The translations under genes were made by a program, and so were the position numbers. DNA of 64,000 nt. Origin: Vicugna vicugna. Its lineage: Eukaryota. Location: the NCBI GenBank assembly GCA_013265495.1, contig MU058722.1, positions 1 through 64,000 on the forward strand, in the 5' to 3' direction. Positions 38,001 through 50,912 of the stretch are shown here, piece by piece. The notes beneath the pieces are model-generated. The model saw only the letters and a list, made by a program, of their open reading frames with translations, was not told where the DNA came from and did no database searches. Within the stretch, counting starts at the first letter, position 1. Each line of letters opens with the position of its first letter.

Positions 38001-40374
38001 TTGGTTGGTTTAAATTGCTTTACCCAACATGATGGGATGATTAAATAATCTCATCTTTGATAGAATTGCACCTGGTTCTCAATAGACTAGCAAACCTGAA
38101 GCAGTGTTCTCATAGCTATAATTCCCCTAGGTCCTATTGGAATCAAGCCTACATGTAAATATGTTGGTTGTTTCAACCTGTTTTTTTTCTAGAGAGGAAT
38201 GTTGCACCAGGAATTGCCATCATTGTCCATTATGTGTCATTGAGATGAAAGGGCGCCACATGCATAAGGGAAACATAGGGTGGGGGATATTTCATGGTTC
38301 CAATAGTTATTTCATGGTTCCTGTTGGTGTTGGAAGCCTCAACAGTAAAGTGTTGACCTGTCACCTTAGTCACTTTGCGCTGCAGTTTTACATTCTTTTT
38401 GTCTATTTTTTATTTAGAGCTGAAAAACTGGTACCTGAACTTGACAAGTCTGGCTTGTAGCTAGATTTAGTATGATTTTAAATTAACTTCATTTTCATAC
38501 AAATCCCAAAATATGTAAGTCAATTCCATTATACATTTGTAAGACTGCAACTGAGGTAAGAACATAATGTCAAATTTGATTCTCCTGACTAACTCTCCCA
38601 GCATGGCTGTACAGATAAAAGAGCTAAACAAGAATCACATTTCTGTGAGTTAAGTCTGGATAATGTTGATTTATCAATGCTCATTTGGCAGAGAACAAGT
38701 GCAATCATCGTTTTCTCACCCCCATGTACACAGCAAGTTAAACATCCACTGAACCGCCCTTGGATCTGGACACTTGTAGAAGAATGATCTCTTACTTCCA
38801 AAGACATAAAGAGGCCTCAGAAAACCTGGAAGGAGGAGAAGGCAAATTAGGGAATGGAAGTCAGTACAGGACATGACCTCTGGTGATGGAGCAACAAAGG
38901 TGAAATTCTGTTTTAGTTGGATGCACACTCTCAGGCCGACAGGACACATGGCTTTGAAAGCAATGCACTGAGTGTTACAAGAGAGCACAGCAGCTTCTTG
39001 GCTGACAGAACTGAAAGAAATCAGCACAAAATTTCGCACAAATTATTCCAAGACCAAGATCCATGCTACAAAATTTGAGCTAGCAGAGGCTGCAGAAGAT
39101 GAGGGATAGGGCTATGGATGATGGCACACACTGAATCTCAGGGATCTGGAGGGTGTTGTGGATTGTGGTTGGTCCTATGAAGACAGCAAAATGGCCTGGG
39201 ACACCAATGAGAAAGCAACCACATTGGTGTGGAAGTTTCAGTTTTTCAAAATGTCTCATGACCACACACAATGCTTCTGCAGGCCCAGGGACCAATTTGG
39301 CATTTTGTCAATAGAGCACATGTGGGGTTCTATCAGAGACATTTTGATTCTGTTTTGAGGGATCCAGGGGGCATGGGTTTGAAATCAGAATCCAAAACCT
39401 TAGGATCTGCCTCAGTCTTAGGCAGGACAGTATTAGCTTTTGCTATGAGGCAGAAGATGCAGGTCATCTCTGTGGTTGCCTTCGTGGTCCCAAGCCACAA
39501 GGATAAGAGAGCAAAGAAGAGTGGTCTAGGTCCGCAGCATGAGAAGATGAAGCATTTCCTTCACCGTTATCACCCAAGTGCAGATGCTACATTTTGAATG
39601 GCACTGACATGTTACAACACCATGGACAACTAGGTGGGGCTGCGTGATAACTGCAGCAGGCCATGATGCATGACATCCTTAGATATGTTTCCAGAAGTAT
39701 TTCTGTAGACAGGGAAGATCTGGGAAGAACTTGTAACATTCGGACTTTCACATGGAGATAGAAAGGACAAGCGCACTGTCAATATGCTGTTTTGAAAAGA
39801 CTTCAAAATGACATACAGCAGCCTACAGAGCTGAAAACATTTACATGCTCCATTCCACAAGAGGAAGAGTCCTGTGTACTTTCAGAAAAGTGACATAAGC
39901 GTAATAAAAAGGAGATTATTCTAAACGATGAGAGTATGGTGGGTTAATCACAACAAGGGCAACACCAGCAATTAGAGAATTACCAGACAACACACATAGG
40001 AAAACTACATGGCTTCAATTTCTTGGAAAAATGTTCCTCACAGTAATATCATGGAATTGCATACACCCAAGAGACTAAAACTGTCAGTTAACCAAGCCCT
40101 AAAAGTCTACATTAGATACCTGATAGTACTGACCAGTACAGATAAAGAAGAATAGTAAAAAGAAGCAGGAAGTACCAGTCTCAGTTCCAAAGTGATTGAA
40201 GGCCCAAAAAAAAGCTTCCAAGCAACTAGATGGCGAAACATTATCAGAGCAATGATTGAAAACGGAGGTGAGAGAAACACTGAAGGTCAACAGTGTCTCA
40301 GAATCACAAAAGGAACAATACAAGAAAAGGGGAAGAGAAACTTTTAGACGAGCCAAATAAAATTAGAAAACTCA
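35086..40374 (+). repeat. Macrosatellite unit U4
   Basis: Anchor-to-anchor, 5289 bp. Confidence 0.95.
37226..37588 (+). CDS. 120-aa ORF covering the 3' half of cassette exon 1 in U4; unknown product
   Basis: GGCATGG context. Open where most other units have up to five in-frame stops. Confidence 0.2.
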   Translation: MEGFVENIRLKRYSWDILSSAETDRNLWRINMHLMKVLNSLLLELVQNSCSLKQKKWQRLLKFSSSCRRSRESTSPKGHVQTSQTIKQQALVSLFPGLGLALKHLLSPPPLSHPFQRIST

Positions 40375-43300
40375 ATGTATGAGATAATACCAGCGCTAAA
40401 GTCAGTACTAAGCAGACTAGATAATACAGAGGGACTCATGAATATTTGCGAACAGAGGGGAACAGAAATCCCTTGATCAGAAGATGTCATAGAAAAGCAA
40501 GTGAAAATCAATGCAAATATTGCTTTTGAATCCTGGGGTAAGACAAAACATGAAAGATTAGGATTCATAAGGGTCCCAGAGGGGAAAGCTAGATATAAAA
40601 AAAAATTATGAAAAGGTATTTGGAGAAAAATCAGACTGAAATTTGCTGAAAACAAAGAAACAATCATCTAAATGAAACCAGGAGCAAACAGAATCCAAAT
40701 TATGTGGAACCCCAATAGACATACAAGCAGCTGTATTATCATTCAAATCTTCAAAGTTCATTATCAACCCAGTGATTTTCACTGTACCTTGCGGAAAGCA
40801 ACTTATTAACAACAGAACCTCCAGAGGGGTTTCAGCTGACACCGTGACAGAAATTTTGCAGGACAGGAAGGAGTGCCAGGACATAGACCAAATCCTGAAT
40901 GAGAAAAAGCTGCAATCTATGGTAGCCTATGCCACAAGAGTGCCATTTCTGATAACGGCAGATCTAGACAATTTCACAGACCGGCAAAATGTAAAAGAAA
41001 TCAGCAATTCAAAACTTATCTTAAAAAAAGATTGAGAATTCTACCCTGAATAGAAAAGCAGCAGGATGAAATGGAAATAAGAAAAACATCATTGGAAATG
41101 CAAGCAGAGCAATGAGTTGCAGAGAATAAACAAGAAGAAGGCAAGGAGGACAGCAAAATCCTAAAGATGGGAGAGGGAAGCAGGAAAACATTAGTGATTT
41201 TCAACACTTTACTTAGTGAAACAGCTTATATGACTCTCTGTTTGATGCAAACGTAGAGATGCATGGCCTAATGTGTTTGCAAATCAAACAAGCAAAGAAA
41301 CAAAAAATAAAACAAACAAACGAACACCAAAGGGTATGGTTGGCTGACATATATCCAAAGGAACCATGAAAATTCAAAAGAAAATACTCAAAGTGGTGTC
41401 AAGAATCTTTCAGCACACATCGACTCAGTATAGCTGCTTGCATGTACTCAACACACATGTATTCAGAAAACAGTTGCGTGCAATAATATACAAAAATATT
41501 GAATCAAAAGATCATATCGTGACCTAGACCAAATGATGATTTTTAATAATATGGTTTCATAGCCTGTGATATAGGCTTACAAGTCTTCCACCAGGATGAA
41601 TGAATGCCATAATATACCCTACATAGAAAAGAAATGGCATAAACCTATAACAAAGACAAGTAGCTCTGGATAACAGTACCAAGAGCAAAAGAGACAGACA
41701 GTAAAGTGCACATTGAGATTGGTTTCATTTCTAGGAATTTCAGCCCCCATGAAACAAATGAATCCATGTTCTGAGAGTGTCGGTGTTTCAATAGAAAGCA
41801 ACAGAAGGATATGTGTTCTGGGTGAATGGATATTACACAAATATAAGATTATTTTTATGGGTTTATGTGTCCAGTGAACTTTTGGAAAGATTAAAGACGT
41901 GTGAAACCATAAACTAAAAATGGACACACTTCCCTCCGTTTGTACTGTGCATACAGGTCTGAACAAAAGAAAAGAGGGAAGAAAAAAGGACCATAGTACC
42001 CTAGTGGATAGAATCACATTTAACTTAGGAACCTTTAGTCTGATGCAGCCACTCCACCAACACAGACATCATGCAGCATCCATTGTAGATGAATGTTACA
42101 TGTTGGTATCCAGGTGGAAAGATGATGTGTACCGTGAGGCTTGTTGTGGCTGGTGGATCCAAGGTAACAGGGGCAGAATTCTGTGGGTGAATCAGTGTGA
42201 TGGAGGGGCTGCTGCCCTCTGTGGAGCTTGGCTTAGGTCTTTGGTTTCGGTAGCCGTGTAAGTTCGAGATAATGTTGCTGCTGAAAGACCTGAGTTCACT
42301 GGTCACTTTCCAGAACCTGAAAGAGCAGACAGCGGAAGATCTGCCTGTCATTAGCTTACTGGTGAGGCTCCGAGGTACTTTCAGGATTGCCCAGTCCTGT
42401 GGAAGTCGACTTTATGGGAGACACGAAGAGAAGCTGGCAGAAGAGCTGGCAGCACGGATTGAGGACAGATGCGAACACATTGATGAGCGTTGATCTGTTA
42501 CAATGGAGAATACTGGCATGCAGACATCTGTAGAGATTACGAGGCTCAAAAGACATTCATGAGACATATTGAACCTCGCTGATACTGGCAGAAACTTACG
42601 GAGTGTCAACGTGAACTTGAGGTGGTTACTAAATTCTCTCCTCCAAGAACAGATCCAAGATTCCTGACGTCTAAAAGAAAAGAGATGGCAGAGATGATAA
42701 AAGCGCTCATGTTCTTGGAAGAGGTTGTGAGAATCCACACATCCCAAGGGGCATTTACAAACATTTCGGACCATAATGCACCAAGACCAGGTAAGTATTT
42801 TCCCAGGTATGTGCCTAGCTATCACGCACTTGCTCTTCTCTCCCCTCCACTAAGGCATCCACTTTAATGGATCAGTACCTGAGCTGCATTGAAGCCAGTA
42901 GGAGAAGCATAAGACCCTCCTAGAATCAGAGATCCTCCACATTCACACTCTGTGAACAACAGTGATCTCCTTAAAGATCAAATAGTCTCGATTAAAATAG
43001 GTAGGAATTGAATACTTAGCTCACACAAAGAATTGATGACCTTCCCCTAAATTCAGCAAATGCTGGGGTTATGTCTCCTTTGGGATGAAGAGATAGTGGT
43101 GAGTGAGGGGAATCTTTGACTGAACTTGAATATGTATTAGGCCTCAGTTTTTCAAGACTGTATAGGGAAATATAATAAGTCAGATAGTGAACTGAACTGT
43201 AAAATTCACCAAAGTCATTGAAGACACAGCTTATATTGCCCGTCTTTCACTTCAGTCAAACCCAGGGGGCACTATGTCATGGGGGTGCCATCTTGGATGT

Positions 43301-45658
43301 GTTCAATTGATTTACACAACATGATCAGATGATTAAGCGTTCTCATCACTGATAGAATAACACGTGGTTCTCAATAGAATAGCATAGCTGAAGGAGGTTT
43401 CTCATAGCTATAATGCCTCTAGGTGCTTCTGGAATCAAGCCTAAATGTATATATTTTCTTTGGTTTCTCTTGTATTTTCCTAGAGAGGAACCTTACCCCT
43501 TAAAATGCCTACATTGGCCAGTAGGTGTCATTGGGAGTAAAGGGCACCACATGCACAAGGGAAACCCAGGTTGGGGGTTATTTCATGGTTCCTATAAGTA
43601 TTTCATTGTTCCTGTTTGTTTTGGAGGCTTCAACAGTAAAGGGTTTACATGTCCCCTTCAAAATTTTGGAGAGATATTTTACATTCTATCTGTCTATTTT
43701 TCCCTTTGAGCTGAAAAATTTTACAAAAATTGACAAGTCTGGCTTCTAGGTAGATTTATTTTGTTTCAAAATCTAACTTCATTTTCATATAAATCCCAAA
43801 ATATCTAAATCAATTCTATTAACCTTTTTAAAGACTGCAACTGAGTTATCAACACAATGTCAAAACTGGAGTCTTCGGACAAACCCTCCCACCATGGCTG
43901 TATAGAAAAAGAGCTAAACAAAAATCACATTTCTGTGAATTATATCTGGAAAGTGTTGATTTATCGATGCCCAGTTGGCACAGAATCAGTGCAACCTGCA
44001 CTCACTCGCTCCCATGTACACAGAAATGTAAACATCCACTAATGCAGCCATTGGCACAAGACACATGCCGAAGAATGGTCTGTTACTTCCAAAGACAGGA
44101 TGAGGCCTTAGAAAACCTGGAAGGAGGAGAAAGTAAAGTAGAGAATGGAAACCAGTGCAGGGTCTGTCCTCTGGTGATGAAGAAGCAAAGGTGAAACTCT
44201 GTTTTACTTGGATACACACTCTCAAGTGGAAAGCACACATGGGATTGAAGGTGATGTGCTGAGTGTTAGAAGAATGCACAGCAGTTACTTGGCTGACAGA
44301 ACTCAAAGAAATCAGCACAAAATATCCCCACAACTGTTTCTGAGACCATGATCCGAGCTGCTAAATTTGAGGTAGCAGAGGCTGTGGAAAATGATGGATA
44401 GGGCTACGGATGTTGGCACACCCTGAGTCTCAGGGATGTGGGGTGCGTTGTTGGTTCTAGTGGGTCCTATCAAGAGAACAAACCGAACTGTGACTCCACA
44501 GAGAAAGCAATGACACTGACACACGTGGTTGAGTTTATTGATAGGTCCCATGATCACATCCACTTCATTTGCAGTACCAAGTAACAATTTGGCATTTTAC
44601 CAATAGAGCACGTGTAGGGCTCAATCAGGGATATCATGCGTCTGATCTGAGTGATCCAGGGGGCCTTGGGTTTGAAATCAGTATTAAAAGTTTAGGATCT
44701 GCTACATTCATAACCTGGAGTGGGATTCCCGTTTGGTTTGAAGCTCAGGATGCGGAACAGCTATGTGGTTGTACAACCATGCCACAAGGATGAGAGAAAA
44801 AAGAAGAGTGGTCAAAGTCCACAGAGTGAGAAGTTGAAGCATTTGCTTCAGAATAATCTCCCAAGTACAGATGCTACTTTTGTATGGCACTGACATGGTA
44901 CTGCACCAAGGACACATAGGTCAGTCAGTGGGATCATTCCACAGGCCCTGATGTATGACATCCATAGATATGTTTCCACTGGTGTTTCTGTAGGCAGAGA
45001 AGCTCTGGGAAGAACTGGTAACATTGGGACATTCCCATGGCACTAGAAAGCAAAAGTGCACTATCAGGTTGCAGTTTTGGAAACATTGCAAAATGACATA
45101 CAGCAGAATTCAGAGCTGAAAACTTTAGAAAGTTCATTTCGACAAGAGGGAATGTCCTGTGTACTTTCAGAATTGTCAGATAAGCATAATAAAAATGAGG
45201 TTATACTAATCAAAACAGTATGGTGTGTTCATCACAATAAAGGCAACACCAGGAATTAGAGATATACCAGACAACACACACAGGAACAGGACATGGCATC
45301 AATGTGTAGGAAAAATTGTCCTCACAGAAATACCATGGAATTGCGTACAGCCAAGTGTCTAAAATTTTCACTTAACAAAACACTATAAGTCTACATTAGA
45401 CACCTGAAAGTACTTGAAGAGTAGATATGAAGAAGTATAATAAAAGAAAGAGGAAGTACCATTTTCAGTTCCAAGCAGATTGAAGGCCCAATAAATAAGC
45501 TTTCAAACAACTAGAATTCAAAACCCTACAAGAGCATGTATTGAAAATGGAGGTGAAGAAATCACTGAAACACAACAGTATCTCCGAATACAAAAGCAGT
45601 ATCTCAGAAAAGGGGAAGAGAAATTCTAAAGACGAGACAAATAATATCAGAAAACTCA
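40375..45658 (+). repeat. Macrosatellite unit U5
   Basis: Anchor-to-anchor, 5284 bp. Confidence 0.95.
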
Positions 45659-48600
45659 ATGGGTAAGATAATAGTGCTAAATTCAGTCCTAAGCAGATTA
45701 GATAATGCAGAGGGACTCGTGAATGACTGTGAAGACAGGGAAACAGAAATCACTCGGTGAGAAGCAGACATAGAAAAGCAAGTGCAAACCAATGCAAACA
45801 TTGCTGTTGAAACCTGGGGTAAGACAAAGCATGAAAGACTAGGATTTATAAGAGTTCCAGATGGAAAAGCAAGATAGAAAAAAATTCTGAAAATATATTT
45901 GCAAAAACATCTGACTGAAACTTGATGAAATCCATGAAAGAATCATCTGTATGAATTCAGGAAGCACAGAGCATCCCAAGGAGTTGGAATCAAAATAGAC
46001 CTTCAAGCAGCTCTATAATTCAAATTAACAAAGTTCATGATCATCCTAGTGTTTTAAAATGCACCAGAGGAAAGCAACATAGTCACAACAGAAACTCCAG
46101 AGGGGTTTCAGCTGATAGTTTGACAGAAATATTGCAGGATATGGAGGAGTGCCAAGACATAGTCCATAACCTGAATGAGAAAATGTTGCAATATAGGGTA
46201 GCCTATGCCTCATGTCCGACAATTCTAATAATGGCAGAGCTAGGGAATATCACAGAAAGGCAAAATTTAAAAGAATTCAGAAGTTTGAAACATATCCTAA
46301 AAGAAAGATTGAGAATTCCAGCCTGAATAGGAAAGTAGCAATATGCAATGGAAATATGAAAACCATTATTGGAAATGCAAGAAGTGCATGAGTTGCAAAA
46401 AGTAAACAAGAAGAAGGCAAGGAGGACTTCAAGACCCAAAAGATGGGAGAGGGAAGCAATAAATCATAGGTGATTTTAAGCACTATCTTAAGTGAATCAG
46501 CTTATATAACTCTCTGTTTTAAGCGAACGGAGAGATGCAACCAACAAGCAAGCAAGCAAGCAAACAAACAAACACCAAAATGGTGTGGTTGGCTAACATA
46601 TACCAAAGGAAACATGATTATTCAAAAGAAAATACTCAAGGTGATGTCAAGGGTCATTCAGCATGCATCGAACCAGTATCACGGCTTGCATGCACTCAAA
46701 ACACTTGTATTGAGAAAACAGATGTGTACATAAATATTAATTAATATTGATTCATAAGAGCATATCGTGACCTAACCCAAATGCCGATTTAGAATAAAAT
46801 GGATTCATAGTCAGTGATATAGACTTGCAAGTCTTCCAACATGATGAATGAATGCCATATTCTACCCTACGTAGAGAAGAAATGGCATAAGCCTATAACA
46901 AAGACAAGTAGTTCTGCAAAAGCGTACTAAGAGCAAAAGAGACAGACAGTAAAATGCACATTCGGATTGGTTTCGTTTCTAGGAAATTCAGTCCCAATGA
47001 AATAAATGGATCCATGTCCTGAGAGTGTGGGTGTTTCAGCAGAAATCAACTGACGGATATGTATTCTGGGTGAATGGATATTACAGAAACATAAGCTTCC
47101 TTTAGTGGGTCTCTGTGTACGGTGAACTGTTAGAAAGTTGAAAGACGTGTGAAACCATAAACTAAAAATTGAAACACTTCCCTCCATTTGTACAGTGCAT
47201 ACAGATCTGAACAAAAGGAATGAGGGAAAAAAAAAAGGCCCATGGGACTCTAGTGGATAGAATCACATTTACCTTAGGAAACTCTCTTCTGATGCAGCCA
47301 CTCCCCCAACACTGACAAGATGCAGCAACCATTGGGGATTGCAGTTACCAGTTGGATTCCAGGTGGAAAGAAGGTATGTACCTTGCAGCTTTTAGTGGCT
47401 GGTGGATCCTAGGTAACTGGGCAGAGTTCTGTGGGTGGATCAGTGTGATGGAAGTTCTGCCGCCCTCTGTGGAGCTTGGCTTAGGTCTATTGTTCGGGAA
47501 GCTGTGTAAGTTCAAGAAACTGTTGCTGCAAAGAGACCTGAGTCCACGGGTCATTTTCCAGAACCTGAAAGGGAAGACAGTGGAAGATCCGCCTGTCACC
47601 AGCTTACTGGTGAGGCTCTGAGGTACTTTCAGACTTGCCCATTCCTGTTGAAGTCGACTCTATGGGAGACACGAAGAGAAGCTGGCAGAAAATCTGGCTG
47701 CAAGGATTGAGGAGAGATGCGAACACATTGATGAGAGTTGTTCTGCTACAATGGAGAATACTGGCATGGAGACATCTGTAGAGAATACCAGGCTCGAAAG
47801 ACATTCATGAGACATATTGAAACTCACTGATACTGGCAGAAACATTCAGAGTGTCAACGTGGACTTGAGGAAGTTACTCAATTCTCTGCTCCAAGAACGG
47901 GCCCAAGATCCCTGTCTTCTAAAAGAGAAGAGATGGCAAAGATGATAAAAAAGCTCATGTTCTTGGAAGAGGTCGTGAGAATCCACACGTCCCAAGGGGC
48001 ATTTCCAAACCATTCAGAACAAAATGCACCAAGCCCAGGTTAGCCTTTTCCCAGGTTTGGGCCCAGCTATTTAGCACTAGCTATTCCCTCCCCACTACTC
48101 AGGAATCCATTTTGAAGGATCAGTACCTGAGCTGCAATGAACCCAGTACGAGAAGAGCAGGCCCCTCCTAGAATCTGAGTTCCTCCAACTTCACACTGTG
48201 TGAACAACAGTGAACCCCTTAAAGGTCAAATAGTCTCGACTAAAATAGGTAGGAATTGAATACTTAGCTCACACAAAGAAATGGTGACCTTCCCCTCGAT
48301 TCAGCAAATGCTGGGTTTATGTCTTCTATGGGGTGTGAGGAGTGTGGTAAGTGAGGGGAATCTTTGACTGAACTTGAATATGTACTAGGCCTCAGTTTTT
48401 AAAGACAGTATAGGTAAATATTATAAGTCAGATATTGAACTGAATTGTAAAATTCACCAATGACATTAAAGACACAGCTTAGGTGGACCGTCTTTCACTT
48501 CAGTCAAGCCCAGCGTGCACTGTATCATGGGGGTGCAGACTTGGTTGTGTTAAACTGCTATACCCAACATGATCGGATGATTAAGCATTCTCATCACTGA

Positions 48601-50912
48601 TAGAAGAACACCTGGTTCTCAATAGACTAGCATAGCTGCAGCAGGATTCTCATAGCTATAATGCCTCTAGGTGCTTTTGGAATCAAGCATAAATGTATAT
48701 ATTTTGTTTGTTAATTCTTGTAATTTCCTAGAGAGTGTTGTTAACCCTTTAAATGCCAACAATGGCCAGTATGTGTCATTGGAGTAAAGGGCACCACATG
48801 CACAAGTGTAACCAAGGTTGGGGGTAATTTCATGGTTCCAATAGGTATTTCATGGTTCCTGTTGGCTTTGGAGGCTTCAACAGTAAAGAGTTGACATGCC
48901 CCTTTAACATTATGGACTGCTATTTTACTTTCTGTCTGTCTAATTTTTCCTTAGAGCTGACAAATTATTAACAAAACTGACAGTTCTGGCTTCTAGGTCG
49001 ATATAGTATGTTTCAAAAACTAACTTCATTTTCGTATAAATCCAAAAACATGTAAATGAATTCTATTAAACTTTTTAAAGCTGCAAATGACTTATCAAAA
49101 CAATGTCAAAACAGGAGTCTTTGGACAAACACTACCACCACGGCTGTATAGAAAAAGAGCTAAACAAAAATCACATTTCTGTGATATATATCCGGAAAGT
49201 GTTGATTGATTGATGCCTAGCTGGCAGAGAAACAGTGCAACGTGCACTCAATTGCTCCCATGAACAAGCAATGTAAACAACCACTCACCCAGCCCTTGGC
49301 ACAGGACACTTGCTGAAGTGTGGTTCGTTACTTCCAAAGACAGAATGAGGCCTCAGAAAACCTGGAAACAAAAGAAGGCAAAGTAGAGAATGGTAACCAG
49401 TGCATTATCTGACCCCTGGAGATGGAGCAGCAAAGATGAAACTCTGTTTTACTTGAACGCACACTCTCAAGCCGTCACGAGACATGGGATTGATGGTGAT
49501 GTGCTGAGTGTCAGAAGAGTGCACAACAGATGCTTAGCTGACAGAATTCAAAAGAAATCAGCACAAAATATCCCCAAATCGATTCTGAGACCAAGATACG
49601 AGCTGCCAAATTTGAGGTAGCAAAGGCAGCAGTAAATGAGGGATAGGGCTATGGATGATGGCATACGCTGAGTCTCAGGGATCTGGAGAGCGTTGTGGGA
49701 TGTGGTGGGCCCTATCAAGGGAGCAAACCGACCTGTGACCCCAATGAGAAAGCAACCACACTGGCGCACGTGGTTGAGTTTTTCAATATGTTCCATGGCC
49801 ACACCCAGTGCATCTGCATGACCAGGAACCAATTTGGAATTTTGCCAATAGAGCACATGTGGGGTTCAGTCAGTGATAACGTGCAACTGGTCTAAGGGAT
49901 CCAGGGGGCCTTGGGATTGAAATCAGTATTAAAAGCTTTAGGATCTGCTACATTCATAGCCTGGGCTGGGATTATGGTTTGGTTTGAGACACAGGATGCG
50001 GAACAGCTCTGTGGTTGTCTTCGTCTACCCATGCCACAAGGATGAGAGAACAAGGAAGAGTAGTCAAAGTCCACAGAGTGAGAAGTTATAGCATTTCCTT
50101 CAGCATAATCTGCCAAAAGTAGATGCTACATTTTGGATGGGACTGACATGATACTGCACCGAGGAAAACACGGTTGGTCTGCAGGAGCATTCCAGCAGGC
50201 CCTGATGTATGACATCCATATATATGTTTCCATTGGTCTTACGGTAAACAGAATCTCTGGGAAGAACTGGTTTCATTGGGACATTCCCATGGCACTAGAA
50301 AGCACAAGTGCACTATTGGTTTGCTGTTTTGGAAACACTCCAAAATGACATAGAGCAGAATGCAGAGCTGAGAACCATTAGAAGCTTCATTTCCACAAGA
50401 GGAGTAGTCCTGTGCACTTCCAGAAGTGTGAGATAAACGTAATAAAAATGAGGTTATATTATTCGAAATTGTATGGTGTGTTCATCACTACAAAGACAAC
50501 ACCATCAATTGGAGATATACCAGACAACACACACAGGAAAAGGACATGGCATCAATGTCTAGGAAAAATTGTCCTCACAGAAATACCATGGAATTACGTA
50601 GAACCAAGAGTGTAAAATTTTCACTTAAAAAAGCCCTATAAGTCTACATTAGATACCTGATATTATTTGACCAGTAGAGATGTAGAAATACAGTAAAAGA
50701 AAGAGGAAGTACCATTTTCAGTTCCAAAGAGATTGAAGGCCCAAACATAAACTTTCAAACAACTAGTCTGCAAAACGCTATCAGAGCAAGCACTGAAAAC
50801 GGAGGTGACAGAAATACTGAAGAACAACAGTGCCTCAGAATCACCAAAGGCAGAATACCAGAAAAGGGGAAGACAAACTCTAAACACGAGCCCAATAATA
50901 TCAGAAAATTCA
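45659..50912 (+). repeat. Macrosatellite unit U6
   Basis: Anchor-to-anchor, 5254 bp. Confidence 0.95.
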
